A DNA stretch of 50,820 nucleotides from a bacterium. Its GTDB lineage: Bacteria; Patescibacteriota; Minisyncoccia; UBA6257; 02-FULL-45-10c. The notes under the pieces were generated by a model. That model was not told the origin of the DNA and did not search any database. It saw only the letters and a program-made list of their open reading frames with translations. The stretch is from NCBI GenBank assembly GCA_030646915.1, contig JAUSKT010000019.1, forward strand, positions 1 to 50,820, written 5' to 3'. This document shows positions 29,177-37,947 of this stretch, piece after piece. The stretch's first letter is position 1; every line of letters begins with the position of its first letter. A program made the translations under genes and the position numbers.

Positions 29177-29758
29177 ATGCAGAAAGGTAATAAGGAATTG
29201 GCTGAGCTGTTAAAATCAAGAATTGACGCGGTTTTAAAAGATGATTTTAAACGGCAAAAACAGCTTTGCGATAAGATGTACGCGCCGGTCAGCGGCTTGG
29301 TTCATATAACAGTTTTAGTTCCGGATCGCTGGCTTACTGCAATTTCAAAAAATGTCGCTGATGAATTAGAACGGCTTTATAAATGGGAAAACACGAAGGT
29401 GCGTTTTGACCTATTTGTTATCGGCAAAGAAAAATCAATTTGTATTTGGTTTTTTGGCAAAGATGAGGCAATAGCTTTTGGAGTTCGGGTTTTTGGAGAA
29501 AATCGAGTTCGACTGTTACTTAATAGTCTTAGAGGGGAAATTAACTTGAAATTAAAGAAAGATGAAGGTTTTTCTCATCACGTTAATTTAAAAAAATGGG
29601 ACGCGCATAATATAACTCCGTTGCTTATGGATGATTTAGCAAAGAAATTTAAATGGAAATTTGTAAGGACCGGAATATCAATAAGCGATTCTGGAGATGC
29701 TTATCCTAAATTATATCTAGGAAATAAGAAGGGCCTGCATTATTTTCTGATCTATTAA
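29177..29758 (+). CDS. Hypothetical protein
   Basis: 193-aa ORF between terminators. Confidence 0.6.
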   Translation: MQKGNKELAELLKSRIDAVLKDDFKRQKQLCDKMYAPVSGLVHITVLVPDRWLTAISKNVADELERLYKWENTKVRFDLFVIGKEKSICIWFFGKDEAIAFGVRVFGENRVRLLLNSLRGEINLKLKKDEGFSHHVNLKKWDAHNITPLLMDDLAKKFKWKFVRTGISISDSGDAYPKLYLGNKKGLHYFLIY

Positions 29759-29782
29759 AAACTGCGCTAAAGCGCAGTTTTA
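29757..29782. terminator. Bidirectional terminator
   Basis: aaaactgcgc-taaa-gcgcagtttt at the dnaE 3' end. Confidence 0.8.
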
Positions 29783-32700
29783 TAATTCTTTTACTGTATC
29801 GCAGATTAATTTCGGTTCGCCGTTCCGCCAGGACATTTTTCCGGTTACCATTACAATTTTATTTTCCTGCCAAAGCGGAAGAGTTTTTGCGAGCGTGTCG
29901 GCAAAGACGATAACTTCCATGGAGTCATTTAAATCTTCTATTTTGGCAAAAGCCATTGCTTGGCCGAGCTTGGTATTTATTTTTTTAATTTGGGAAACTA
30001 CTCCGGTAATCTTGGGCTTCGGCCCGTATTCGGAGTCATAATCTTTAGAAAGAAAATGTTTGATCGGCTGGCTGCCTGATTTTTCAATTATATCTTTATG
30101 TTGGCTAAGCGGATGGTCAGAAACATACAATCCAAGCAACTCTTTTTCCCAGGCGAGTTTTTCCTGCTGAGTAGCAGGCGGAGCGGGTTTTAATTTAAGC
30201 GCATTGTGGGAAACAGAGCTCGCTCCAAAAAGCGAAGCTTGGTTGCTTAATTTTGCTTTCCGGACTGTGCTTGTAAAATTTATAATTTCTTCAATATTGG
30301 AAATTCCAACATTCCTTTCAATTCCCATTGAGTCTAGCGCCCCGCATTTTAATAAGCTTTCAAAAGATTTTTTATTCAAATCTTTATGTTCAACCCGTTC
30401 TAATAAATCCACTAAATTTTTAAACGGGCCGCCTTTTTGCCTTGCGCTGACAATCGCGTCAATTACATTTCCGCCGACATTTTTAATAGCCAGAAGCCCG
30501 AATCGGATAGCTTTCTCTTCCGGAACGAAATTAGCCACGCTTTTATTTATATCCGGAGACAAAACCGCAATGCCGGCTTTTTTTACTTCTTGAATTAGGA
30601 ATGCAATACGTTCCACATCTCCGGAGTCTGAATTAAATAAGCTGGTATAAAATTCTACTGGGTAGTGGGCGCGAAGATAAGCCGTGCGATAGCCAATCAT
30701 TGCGTAACAGGCGGCATGCGATCGGTTAAATCCATAGCGGTCAAAAGGCTCGATTAAAGTCCAGAAGTGTTCGGCAATTTCTTTTTTAACTCCGTTTTTT
30801 ATCGCGCCATTGATAACTTTTTCTTTTTGTTCCTGCATCAGCGATTTTATTTTCTTGCCGACAGCTTTTCGGAGGATATCCGCTTCTGCCAGTGAAAATC
30901 CAGAAAGCGCTCTGGCGCCAGCCATCAGCTGCTCCTGATAGATCATTATCCCGTAAGTATTTTTTAAAACCGGCTCTAGTAGGGGATGAAGATAGGACAC
31001 TCTTTCTTTTCCTAATTTTCTTTTCATATATTCCGGAATAAGTTCCATAGGCCCCGGGCGATAGAGCGAGATCATGGCGATGATATCTTCTAGCTCAGTC
31101 GGTTTCAATTCTTTAAGGTAGCGCCGCATGCCGCTGGATTCTAATTGAAAAACTCCAGTGGTATCGGCTAATTGTAGAAGCTCAAAAGTTTTTTTATCAT
31201 CCAAAGGAATTTTACTGATATCAATTTTTTCTCCATTAATATCTTCAATTAGGCGCAAAGTATTTTCTATGATAGTAAGGTTTTTTAATCCTAAGAGATC
31301 TATTTTTAAAAGGCCGAGATCTTCAACACTGTGCATTTCAAATTGGGTGATAATGGTATTTTCATCTTGCGGCGCGTATTGGATCGGCATATATTCAGTG
31401 AGCGGTTCTTTTGCTATAACAGTTCCGCAAGCATGGACAGACGCATGGCGGACTACTCCTTCTAAATTTTTTGCTGTATTTATAAGTTTTTTAGCATCTT
31501 CATTATTTCGGTAAAGATCTCTTAATTCCACGACATCTTTAAGGCATTGGTCCAGCCAGCCTTCTTTCATGCCTTGGGTTGGATTAAAAGGAATAAGTTT
31601 GGCGATTTGGTCGCAAAAGCCGTAGCTTAATCCCATTGCCCGCCCGGCATCACGGATTGCGGCTCGCGCCGCCATAGTTCCGAAAGTAATAATATGGGCA
31701 ACCCGGTCTTTTCCATATTTTTCTTCTAAGTATCCAAAAACTTCATCGCGCCTTGCATCCGCTATATCTATATCAATATCCGGCATTTGAATTCTTTCTG
31801 GATTTAAAAATCTTTCAAAAAGGAGATTATATTTTAGCGGGTCTAAATCAGTAATATTTAAAATATAAGAAATGATGCTGCCCGCTGCCGAACCTCTTCC
31901 TGGCCCGACTACGATTCCGCGGTCTTTCGCCCAGTTTATAAAATCCTGGACAATTAAGAAATAATCGGCAAAGCCAGTTTTTTCGATAACGCCTAATTCA
32001 TACTCAATGCGGCTTTTTACTTCTACAGTTAGTTCTGGATATCGGATAGAAGTGCGTTCTTCGGTAAGTTTTCTTAAGAAAGAATTAGCTGTTTCATTTT
32101 CCGGTAAGGTAAATTCCGGCAATTGTGTTTTCCCTAATTCTAATTCAAAGTTGCAGGCCTCGGAGATTTTAGCGGTATTTTCAAGCGCTTCTGGAACATC
32201 TTTGAAGAATTCAGCCATTTCTTCCGGCGAGCGCATGGAAAAATCGTCGTCTTTTAAGGTAAGGCGGTCTTTATCAGAAAGCTTATTTCCGGTTTGCACT
32301 GCCAATAAAATGTCGTGATATTCTGCGTCTTCTTTTTTTACATAATGGATGTCTTGCGTAGCCACTAATGGAATTCCGGTTTCTGAAGAAAGTCTTTTTA
32401 ATCCTTCATTTGCTTTAATAGTCGGTGCGATGCCTGGATGATGCCCGATTTCCAGATAGAAATTATCTTCTCCGAAAATTTCTCGGTATTCCAAAGCAGC
32501 CTTTTTTGCTTCAGAAAAATTATTATTTAAAATTAATTTCGGAATTTCTCCTGTTATGCAGGCAGAAAGAGCAATCAGCCCTTCATGATATTCCCGAAGC
32601 AGTTTTTTATCCATTCTCGGCTTGTAATAAAAGCCTTCCAGGTGGGAGATGGTTACTAATTTAATTAAATTTTTCCAGCCAGTTTTATTTTTAACAAGAA

Positions 32701-32971
32701 GGATTAAATGATGATACCGGTCATCGCCGCTATTTTCTTTTAACTTATGGTCTTTGGGCGCGATGTAGGCTTCTACTCCGAGAATCGGTTTTATTCCGGC
32801 TTTTTTTGCCTTTTTATAAAATTCTACGGCGCCATAGAGGGCACCGTGATCAGTAATCGCTAGTGAATCCATTCCTAATTCTTTAGTTCGACTTACCAAT
32901 GCATCAATTTTCCCAAGTCCGTCAAGAAGTGAATAATGAGAATGTGTATGTAAATGGGTAAAGCGAGGCAT
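29780..32971 (-). CDS. dnaE: DNA polymerase III alpha subunit
   Basis: HLHTHSHYSLLDG PHP, GRGSAAGS, MPDIDID, YGFNRSHA, C-terminal OB fold. Confidence 0.98.
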   Translation of the reverse strand: MPRFTHLHTHSHYSLLDGLGKIDALVSRTKELGMDSLAITDHGALYGAVEFYKKAKKAGIKPILGVEAYIAPKDHKLKENSGDDRYHHLILLVKNKTGWKNLIKLVTISHLEGFYYKPRMDKKLLREYHEGLIALSACITGEIPKLILNNNFSEAKKAALEYREIFGEDNFYLEIGHHPGIAPTIKANEGLKRLSSETGIPLVATQDIHYVKKEDAEYHDILLAVQTGNKLSDKDRLTLKDDDFSMRSPEEMAEFFKDVPEALENTAKISEACNFELELGKTQLPEFTLPENETANSFLRKLTEERTSIRYPELTVEVKSRIEYELGVIEKTGFADYFLIVQDFINWAKDRGIVVGPGRGSAAGSIISYILNITDLDPLKYNLLFERFLNPERIQMPDIDIDIADARRDEVFGYLEEKYGKDRVAHIITFGTMAARAAIRDAGRAMGLSYGFCDQIAKLIPFNPTQGMKEGWLDQCLKDVVELRDLYRNNEDAKKLINTAKNLEGVVRHASVHACGTVIAKEPLTEYMPIQYAPQDENTIITQFEMHSVEDLGLLKIDLLGLKNLTIIENTLRLIEDINGEKIDISKIPLDDKKTFELLQLADTTGVFQLESSGMRRYLKELKPTELEDIIAMISLYRPGPMELIPEYMKRKLGKERVSYLHPLLEPVLKNTYGIMIYQEQLMAGARALSGFSLAEADILRKAVGKKIKSLMQEQKEKVINGAIKNGVKKEIAEHFWTLIEPFDRYGFNRSHAACYAMIGYRTAYLRAHYPVEFYTSLFNSDSGDVERIAFLIQEVKKAGIAVLSPDINKSVANFVPEEKAIRFGLLAIKNVGGNVIDAIVSARQKGGPFKNLVDLLERVEHKDLNKKSFESLLKCGALDSMGIERNVGISNIEEIINFTSTVRKAKLSNQASLFGASSVSHNALKLKPAPPATQQEKLAWEKELLGLYVSDHPLSQHKDIIEKSGSQPIKHFLSKDYDSEYGPKPKITGVVSQIKKINTKLGQAMAFAKIEDLNDSMEVIVFADTLAKTLPLWQENKIVMVTGKMSWRNGEPKLICDTVKEL

Positions 32972-33073
32972 ATCAATTATTTTATAGGACTAATCTCATT
33001 AATCCAATTGTCTCAGTGGATAACTTTTAACAAAAATAAAAATCCCCGCAATTTTGCGGGGAAGTCTTGATGT

Positions 33074-34363
33074 TTAGTCGTCGCTACTCTTAAGGGTGGT
33101 TTTCACATTAATTAATTTTATCTTTTTCAGCAGAAACTTTCCTTTTCTTAGAATTTGAACTTCTACTTCTTTGCCGGGTTCATAGAGGAGGTTTATTTTG
33201 GCAATATCACTGACTGTTTTTACGATTTTGCCGTCATATCTCTTAATAATATCCCCGGTTATTAGCCATTCGAAAATTTCATTAAGAGAGGAAATCATGG
33301 GGATTGCGCTTTTTTTCTGCAAAACCACGGGTCCTTCCGCATTTATTGAGTCTAATCCCATTTCTTTTAAATGGGGCATTGATAAGGACTCGCTATCTTT
33401 TATTCCATAAGGGAAATCTGATAATTCAATTTCTCCGCCCTTCAATAATCTAGGAAGGATAATTTTTACATCATCGATCCCAGTAAAAAAATGGATTTGC
33501 TCAATGTTTATAATCGGATGGTAAGGCCATCCAAAATCACAAAGCCCGAGCACTTCTCCTTTTAAATTGAGAATTGGCCCGCCGGAATTTCCAGGAAAGA
33601 TTTTTGCTTCCGTAGCCAGCAGTTCTGGCCCTAAATAATATGGCGGGGCGGTTTTTTTGCCGATTTTTCCGCTAGTTAGAAATTCATTAATTGAATATGG
33701 GCCGCCGATTACTATAATGTCTTCACCGGTCTTTGTCTTATCAGATTTACCGAGCGGAGCAAAAACTTTTGCCGCGAAATTCACATCTTTAAATTTCAGG
33801 AGGGCGATATCCATAGTTGTTGATTTAAATGAAGTGTATCCAACAACCTCGACTGCTTTTCTTAAAACTCTATTATGAGTTTTAGAAAAATGCGCCCAAA
33901 TTTCCACTTCTTGTTTTTTGGCTAAATCTTCCACGCAGTGCCCGTCGGTTAAAATATAATGAGTGCTGATAACAATCCCATAGCAGCGGTAGCCGCCTTC
34001 TTTTTTACTAAGTAATGAAGGATCTTCGTCCGGTCCAAGATCAGTTTTTTTATAGAAAGCATGCAGGCTGACGGTGTAAAGCCGCGCCTGATTGAATAAT
34101 TGATTCGCGGAAAAGATTTTTCTTTTCTGGGTTTTTTCTGATTTAGAAATAACTTCTCTTATTTCCTTTTCTAGTTCTGGATCTATTTTGGGTTTTAAGT
34201 TTATTTCTAGTTTAAAGATGGGGATTTCAATTGTTGAATATTTTGAAGACATCAGATTGCCAATGCCAAATAATAAAACCAGGCTTGTCATAAAAAGCAA
34301 ACTCTTCATTTCTTGCTCCGTTTTGAAAGTTCGCGGAAAGAAAAAGACTCCGGGTTTTGCCAT
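33074..34363 (-). CDS. HtrA/DegP-like trypsin serine protease with PDZ domain
   Basis: TDGHCV, DIALLK, PGNSGGP triad motifs; GDII...DG PDZ; true start may be ATG 34309. Confidence 0.88.
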   Translation of the reverse strand: MAKPGVFFFPRTFKTEQEMKSLLFMTSLVLLFGIGNLMSSKYSTIEIPIFKLEINLKPKIDPELEKEIREVISKSEKTQKRKIFSANQLFNQARLYTVSLHAFYKKTDLGPDEDPSLLSKKEGGYRCYGIVISTHYILTDGHCVEDLAKKQEVEIWAHFSKTHNRVLRKAVEVVGYTSFKSTTMDIALLKFKDVNFAAKVFAPLGKSDKTKTGEDIIVIGGPYSINEFLTSGKIGKKTAPPYYLGPELLATEAKIFPGNSGGPILNLKGEVLGLCDFGWPYHPIINIEQIHFFTGIDDVKIILPRLLKGGEIELSDFPYGIKDSESLSMPHLKEMGLDSINAEGPVVLQKKSAIPMISSLNEIFEWLITGDIIKRYDGKIVKTVSDIAKINLLYEPGKEVEVQILRKGKFLLKKIKLINVKTTLKSSDD

Positions 34364-34450
34364 ATGCTCTTCTCAAAGATCGCCCCCCGAAATAATCGGA
34401 GAGTAATCCTTAGGGATAGAGTCGACAGACCAGGAGTCTTTGCCCTTTCC
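34335..34450 (-). promoter_or_regulatory. Structured segment, probable 5' leader of the protease gene
   Basis: ggaaag..aaagactcc (34335-34351) pairs with ggagtcttt..ctttcc (34433-34450), enclosing small hairpins. Confidence 0.45.
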
Positions 34451-34536
34451 TTTCTAGGATTAATTAAGTATATCATATTATATTTAGGGAGCAAGCTAAT
34501 TGCTTTTTAAATAAGTTTTTGCTATTGTATAAAAAT

Positions 34537-34722
34537 ATGGGAGGAGTACCAGTTAAACATCGTTCTAAATCAGCTGTTGGCCATACCAGGTCTCATTTGG
34601 CGTTGAAAAAGATTCCGTTGAATGTCTGCGCGAATTGCAAGAATCCGGCTTTGCCGCACAGGGTTTGTATTAATTGCGGTTCTTATAGAAGTTCTGCGAT
34701 TCCAAAGCAAAGTAAAAAATAA
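34537..34722 (+). CDS. rpmF: 50S ribosomal protein L32
   Basis: VP....SKS....RSH, CxxC...PHRVCxxCG.Y; ATG 34537. Confidence 0.95.
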   Translation: MGGVPVKHRSKSAVGHTRSHLALKKIPLNVCANCKNPALPHRVCINCGSYRSSAIPKQSKK

Positions 34723-35243
34723 TGGCAACTCGACAACTTTGCAGATCAATTGTTCTTCAATCTCTTTATGAGTGGGATTTTTATAAGTCCCGCCGTGCTG
34801 ATTTAAAAAATAAAAATAAAGAAGGCGGGATCCCGCCAGAGGCGGGACAACCTGATTTATTCGAAATTTTAGAAAGAAATCTTTTGGAATTCGGACCGGG
34901 CATTGATGAGCCGGATTTTGCAAAGAAATTAGCCCAGGGGATTATGGACCACAAAAAAGAAATTGATATTATTATTGAAAAAGCCGCGCCCGATTGGCCG
35001 TTAGCGCAGATTGCCGTTATTGACCGGAATGCTTTGCGAGTTGGCTTGTATGAGCTTTTATTTGCGGACCGCAATGAAGTTCCCCCGAAAGTTGCTATTA
35101 ATGAAGCAATTGAAATTGCTAAAAATTATGGAGGGCCGAATTCTGGAAAATTCATCAATGGAGTTTTGGGCACAATTTACAGGGAAATAGGCGAACCGGG
35201 CAGGGACGATAAAGCTCCGGAGAAAATAGTAAATAGTAAATAG
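34722..35243 (+). CDS. nusB: Transcription antitermination factor NusB
   Basis: R...LQ.LYE, DR..LR, VPPKVAINEAIEIAK.YG, FINGVL. Confidence 0.97.
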   Translation: MATRQLCRSIVLQSLYEWDFYKSRRADLKNKNKEGGIPPEAGQPDLFEILERNLLEFGPGIDEPDFAKKLAQGIMDHKKEIDIIIEKAAPDWPLAQIAVIDRNALRVGLYELLFADRNEVPPKVAINEAIEIAKNYGGPNSGKFINGVLGTIYREIGEPGRDDKAPEKIVNSK

Positions 35244-35310
35244 AAATTGGTAACTGGTAATTAGTAATTATGCTTTTGTTTAATTACTAATTACTAATTA
35301 CTAATTACTG
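35225..35310. repeat. Inverted heptamer tandem array
   Basis: (gtaaata/gtaactg/gtaatta)n followed by (taattac)x4; overlaps the nusB stop. Confidence 0.85.
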
Positions 35311-35314
35311 AATA

Positions 35315-36001
35315 GTGAATTTAGACAAATTAGAAAATTTAATATCTTATTCATTTAAGAACGAAAATCTCCTCAAAGAGGCGCTGACTCATCGTTCTTA
35401 TTTAAATGAAAATCCAAAATGGCATTTGCCGCATAATGAGCGTTTGGAATTTTTAGGCGACGCAGTATTGGAATTAGCCACGACGGAATCTTTATTTGAA
35501 CAATTCCCAAGAGAAGCAGAGGGGAAATTAACTACTTTGCGGGCGGCGCTCGTCAATTATGTGATGCTTGCCAAGCTTTCAAAAAAAATTGATTTAGAGA
35601 TTTTTTTATTGATGTCCCGAGGCGAAACAAAAGATATCGGCCGCGCTAGGGAAGTAATTTTGGCGAATGCGATGGAATCCCTTATCGGCGCTATTTATAT
35701 GGACGGCGGTTACGAGCCGGCCAAGAATTTTGTAGTTAAGTTTATTTTATCGGAAATAAAAGAAGTGATTCAAAAAGGCCTTGATAAAGATCCAAAAAGT
35801 TTATTGCAGGAAAAAGCCCAGTCTGATTTAAAATTAACGCCAGTCTATAAATCGCTTAGTGAAAAGGGTCCGGATCATAAAAAGATTTTTATTGTCGGTG
35901 TTTATTTTGGAGATGAAGAAATTGCTCGAGGCGAAGGTTTATCTAAACAAGAAGCCGAAGTGGATGCTGCTCATAAAGCATTGGCGGCTAAGAGTTGGTA
36001 A
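35315..36001 (+). CDS. rnc: Ribonuclease III
   Basis: ALTHRS, NERLEFLGDAVL, dsRBD DPKSLLQE. Confidence 0.98.
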   Translation: MNLDKLENLISYSFKNENLLKEALTHRSYLNENPKWHLPHNERLEFLGDAVLELATTESLFEQFPREAEGKLTTLRAALVNYVMLAKLSKKIDLEIFLLMSRGETKDIGRAREVILANAMESLIGAIYMDGGYEPAKNFVVKFILSEIKEVIQKGLDKDPKSLLQEKAQSDLKLTPVYKSLSEKGPDHKKIFIVGVYFGDEEIARGEGLSKQEAEVDAAHKALAAKSW

Positions 36002-36077
36002 ATAATAGCCTTGCTAGTTTACCCTTTTTGTATTTTACTAAGTAGAGTATTTATTCTTGAAAATAGAATAAAAGCTT

Positions 36078-37889
36078 ATGGCGAACAGCCTGCTTACGCG
36101 GCTAATTGTCGGCATGATGCTATTCTTGTTTTTATTCAGTGTCTTGAATCAATCTTCCCGCTCAAAACAGCTGCCTCCGGACATTATCAATATTCTTCAG
36201 TTAAAGTCGGAGATCGCGTCGGGTAATGTAAAAGAGCTGAAAGTTAGAAAAATTACTCTTTATCGCATTGATGGCGTGCGTAAAATAGTTGACGCATCAA
36301 AGCCTGAATCTTTTACGGCTGATCTTACTGAAACTCAGCTTAATGAAATATCATATTTGTCTGCCCAAAATAATGTGCCCTTAATAGTGCCTATTCCTTC
36401 AAATGGTTTATTTGAAGCAATGCTTTTAAATTTATTTTGGATAGTGTTATTTTTTGGCGCTTATTGGTATTTTGTTATTAGAAATGTGAATAAACAGCAG
36501 AGTACAGCGTTTAGTTTTGGAAAAAGCAAAGCAAAAAAATATCAGTCTAATGAAGGGCGGAAAACTTTTGCCGATGTCGCGGGTTGCGATGAAGCAAAGG
36601 AAGAAGTCCGAGAAGTGGTTGAATTTTTAAAAAATCCTAAAAAATTTCAACGTTTGGGCGCAAGAATTCCCAGGGGCGTATTGCTTTATGGATCTCCGGG
36701 CACCGGAAAAACTTTGCTTGCAAAAGCGGTGGCCGGTGAAGCTAATGTTTCGTTTTTATCTGCGAGCGGTTCAGAATTCGTGGAAATGTTTGTTGGCATG
36801 GGAGCGGCTAGGGTCAGGGATCTTTTTGAAAAAGCGAGATCAATGAAGCCCTGCGTGGTTTTCATCGATGAAATTGATGCGGTTGGCAAAAAAAGAGGAG
36901 TTGCAATCGGCGGCGGCCATGACGAGCGCGAACAAACCTTGAATGCCATTTTAACCGAATTAGATGGTTTTAATACCGGCGATGGCATTGTAGTAATGGC
37001 GGCGACCAATCGCCCTGATATTTTGGACGAGGCCTTAATTCGCCCAGGAAGATTTGACCGGCAAATTGAAGTTCCTAAACCGGATTTAGCCGGACGGGAA
37101 ATGATTTTAAAAATACATTCAAGAAAAGTTCCTTTAGCTGAAAACATAGATTTATTGTCAGTGGCTAAAGATACCGCCGGAATGGTAGGGGCGGATCTGG
37201 AAAATGTTGTTAATGAAGCTACTATGTTTGCTACCCGTAAAGATAAAAAACAAGTGGAGAATTCTGATTTTAGCGAAGCAGTAGATAAAGTTTCCATGGG
37301 GCCGATGAGAAAGTCCATGAAACTTACAGAAAAGGCCAAAAATGTAACTGCGTATCATGAAGCCGGCCATACATTGATCGCAAAATTAATTCCAGAGGCT
37401 GATCCAGTCCATAAAGTCACAATTATTCCCCGCGGTCCTGCTTTGGGATTTACTAAGCAATTGCCCAATGATGACCGGTATTCAATAACTCAAAAACAGC
37501 TGGAGGCTATGGTATTAGTATGTTTAGGAGGGAGAGCGGCCGAAGAATTGGTTTTTAATGAAATTACCACAGGACATTCCAATGATTTTGAAAAAGCTAC
37601 GCATATTTTAAAGAAAATGATTTATGAATTCGGTATGGATGGAGAAGCAGGATTGGCAGTATATAAAGAGAAAACTGATTTTTGGGGAAATCCAGCCGGG
37701 CTGGATGCTTCCCAGAAAACTAAAGAAAAATTGGAAGCAAGACTAGAAGATATTTTAAAGAAAAAATATGATGAAGTAAAAGAATTGCTTAATAAGAATA
37801 GGAGTAAATTGGATGCCTTGGTGAAAGCTCTGTTGGAAAAAGAAACTCTGCAAGCCGAAGATATTGACCAAGTTATTAATTCCGCATAA
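36078..37889 (+). CDS. ftsH: ATP-dependent zinc metalloprotease FtsH
   Basis: Two TM, GSPGTGKT, FIDEID, RPGRFD, HEAGH. Confidence 0.97.
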   Translation: MANSLLTRLIVGMMLFLFLFSVLNQSSRSKQLPPDIINILQLKSEIASGNVKELKVRKITLYRIDGVRKIVDASKPESFTADLTETQLNEISYLSAQNNVPLIVPIPSNGLFEAMLLNLFWIVLFFGAYWYFVIRNVNKQQSTAFSFGKSKAKKYQSNEGRKTFADVAGCDEAKEEVREVVEFLKNPKKFQRLGARIPRGVLLYGSPGTGKTLLAKAVAGEANVSFLSASGSEFVEMFVGMGAARVRDLFEKARSMKPCVVFIDEIDAVGKKRGVAIGGGHDEREQTLNAILTELDGFNTGDGIVVMAATNRPDILDEALIRPGRFDRQIEVPKPDLAGREMILKIHSRKVPLAENIDLLSVAKDTAGMVGADLENVVNEATMFATRKDKKQVENSDFSEAVDKVSMGPMRKSMKLTEKAKNVTAYHEAGHTLIAKLIPEADPVHKVTIIPRGPALGFTKQLPNDDRYSITQKQLEAMVLVCLGGRAAEELVFNEITTGHSNDFEKATHILKKMIYEFGMDGEAGLAVYKEKTDFWGNPAGLDASQKTKEKLEARLEDILKKKYDEVKELLNKNRSKLDALVKALLEKETLQAEDIDQVINSA

Positions 37890-37902
37890 GGCGGAATTTT
37901 TT
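37879..37902 (+). terminator. Terminator overlapping the ftsH stop
   Basis: attccgc-ataag-gcggaat plus T-run. Confidence 0.7.
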
Positions 37903-37947
37903 TATACTTTCTCTAATTTACGAAATTTTTGTTATAATATTTTTATA

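Noticed and set aside
34340-34460. c-di-GMP-I riboswitch (GGGCAAA/GCAAA-like words on the minus strand)
   Set aside because: The first GAAA-capped stem and spacing do not fit; kept only as a generic structured leader
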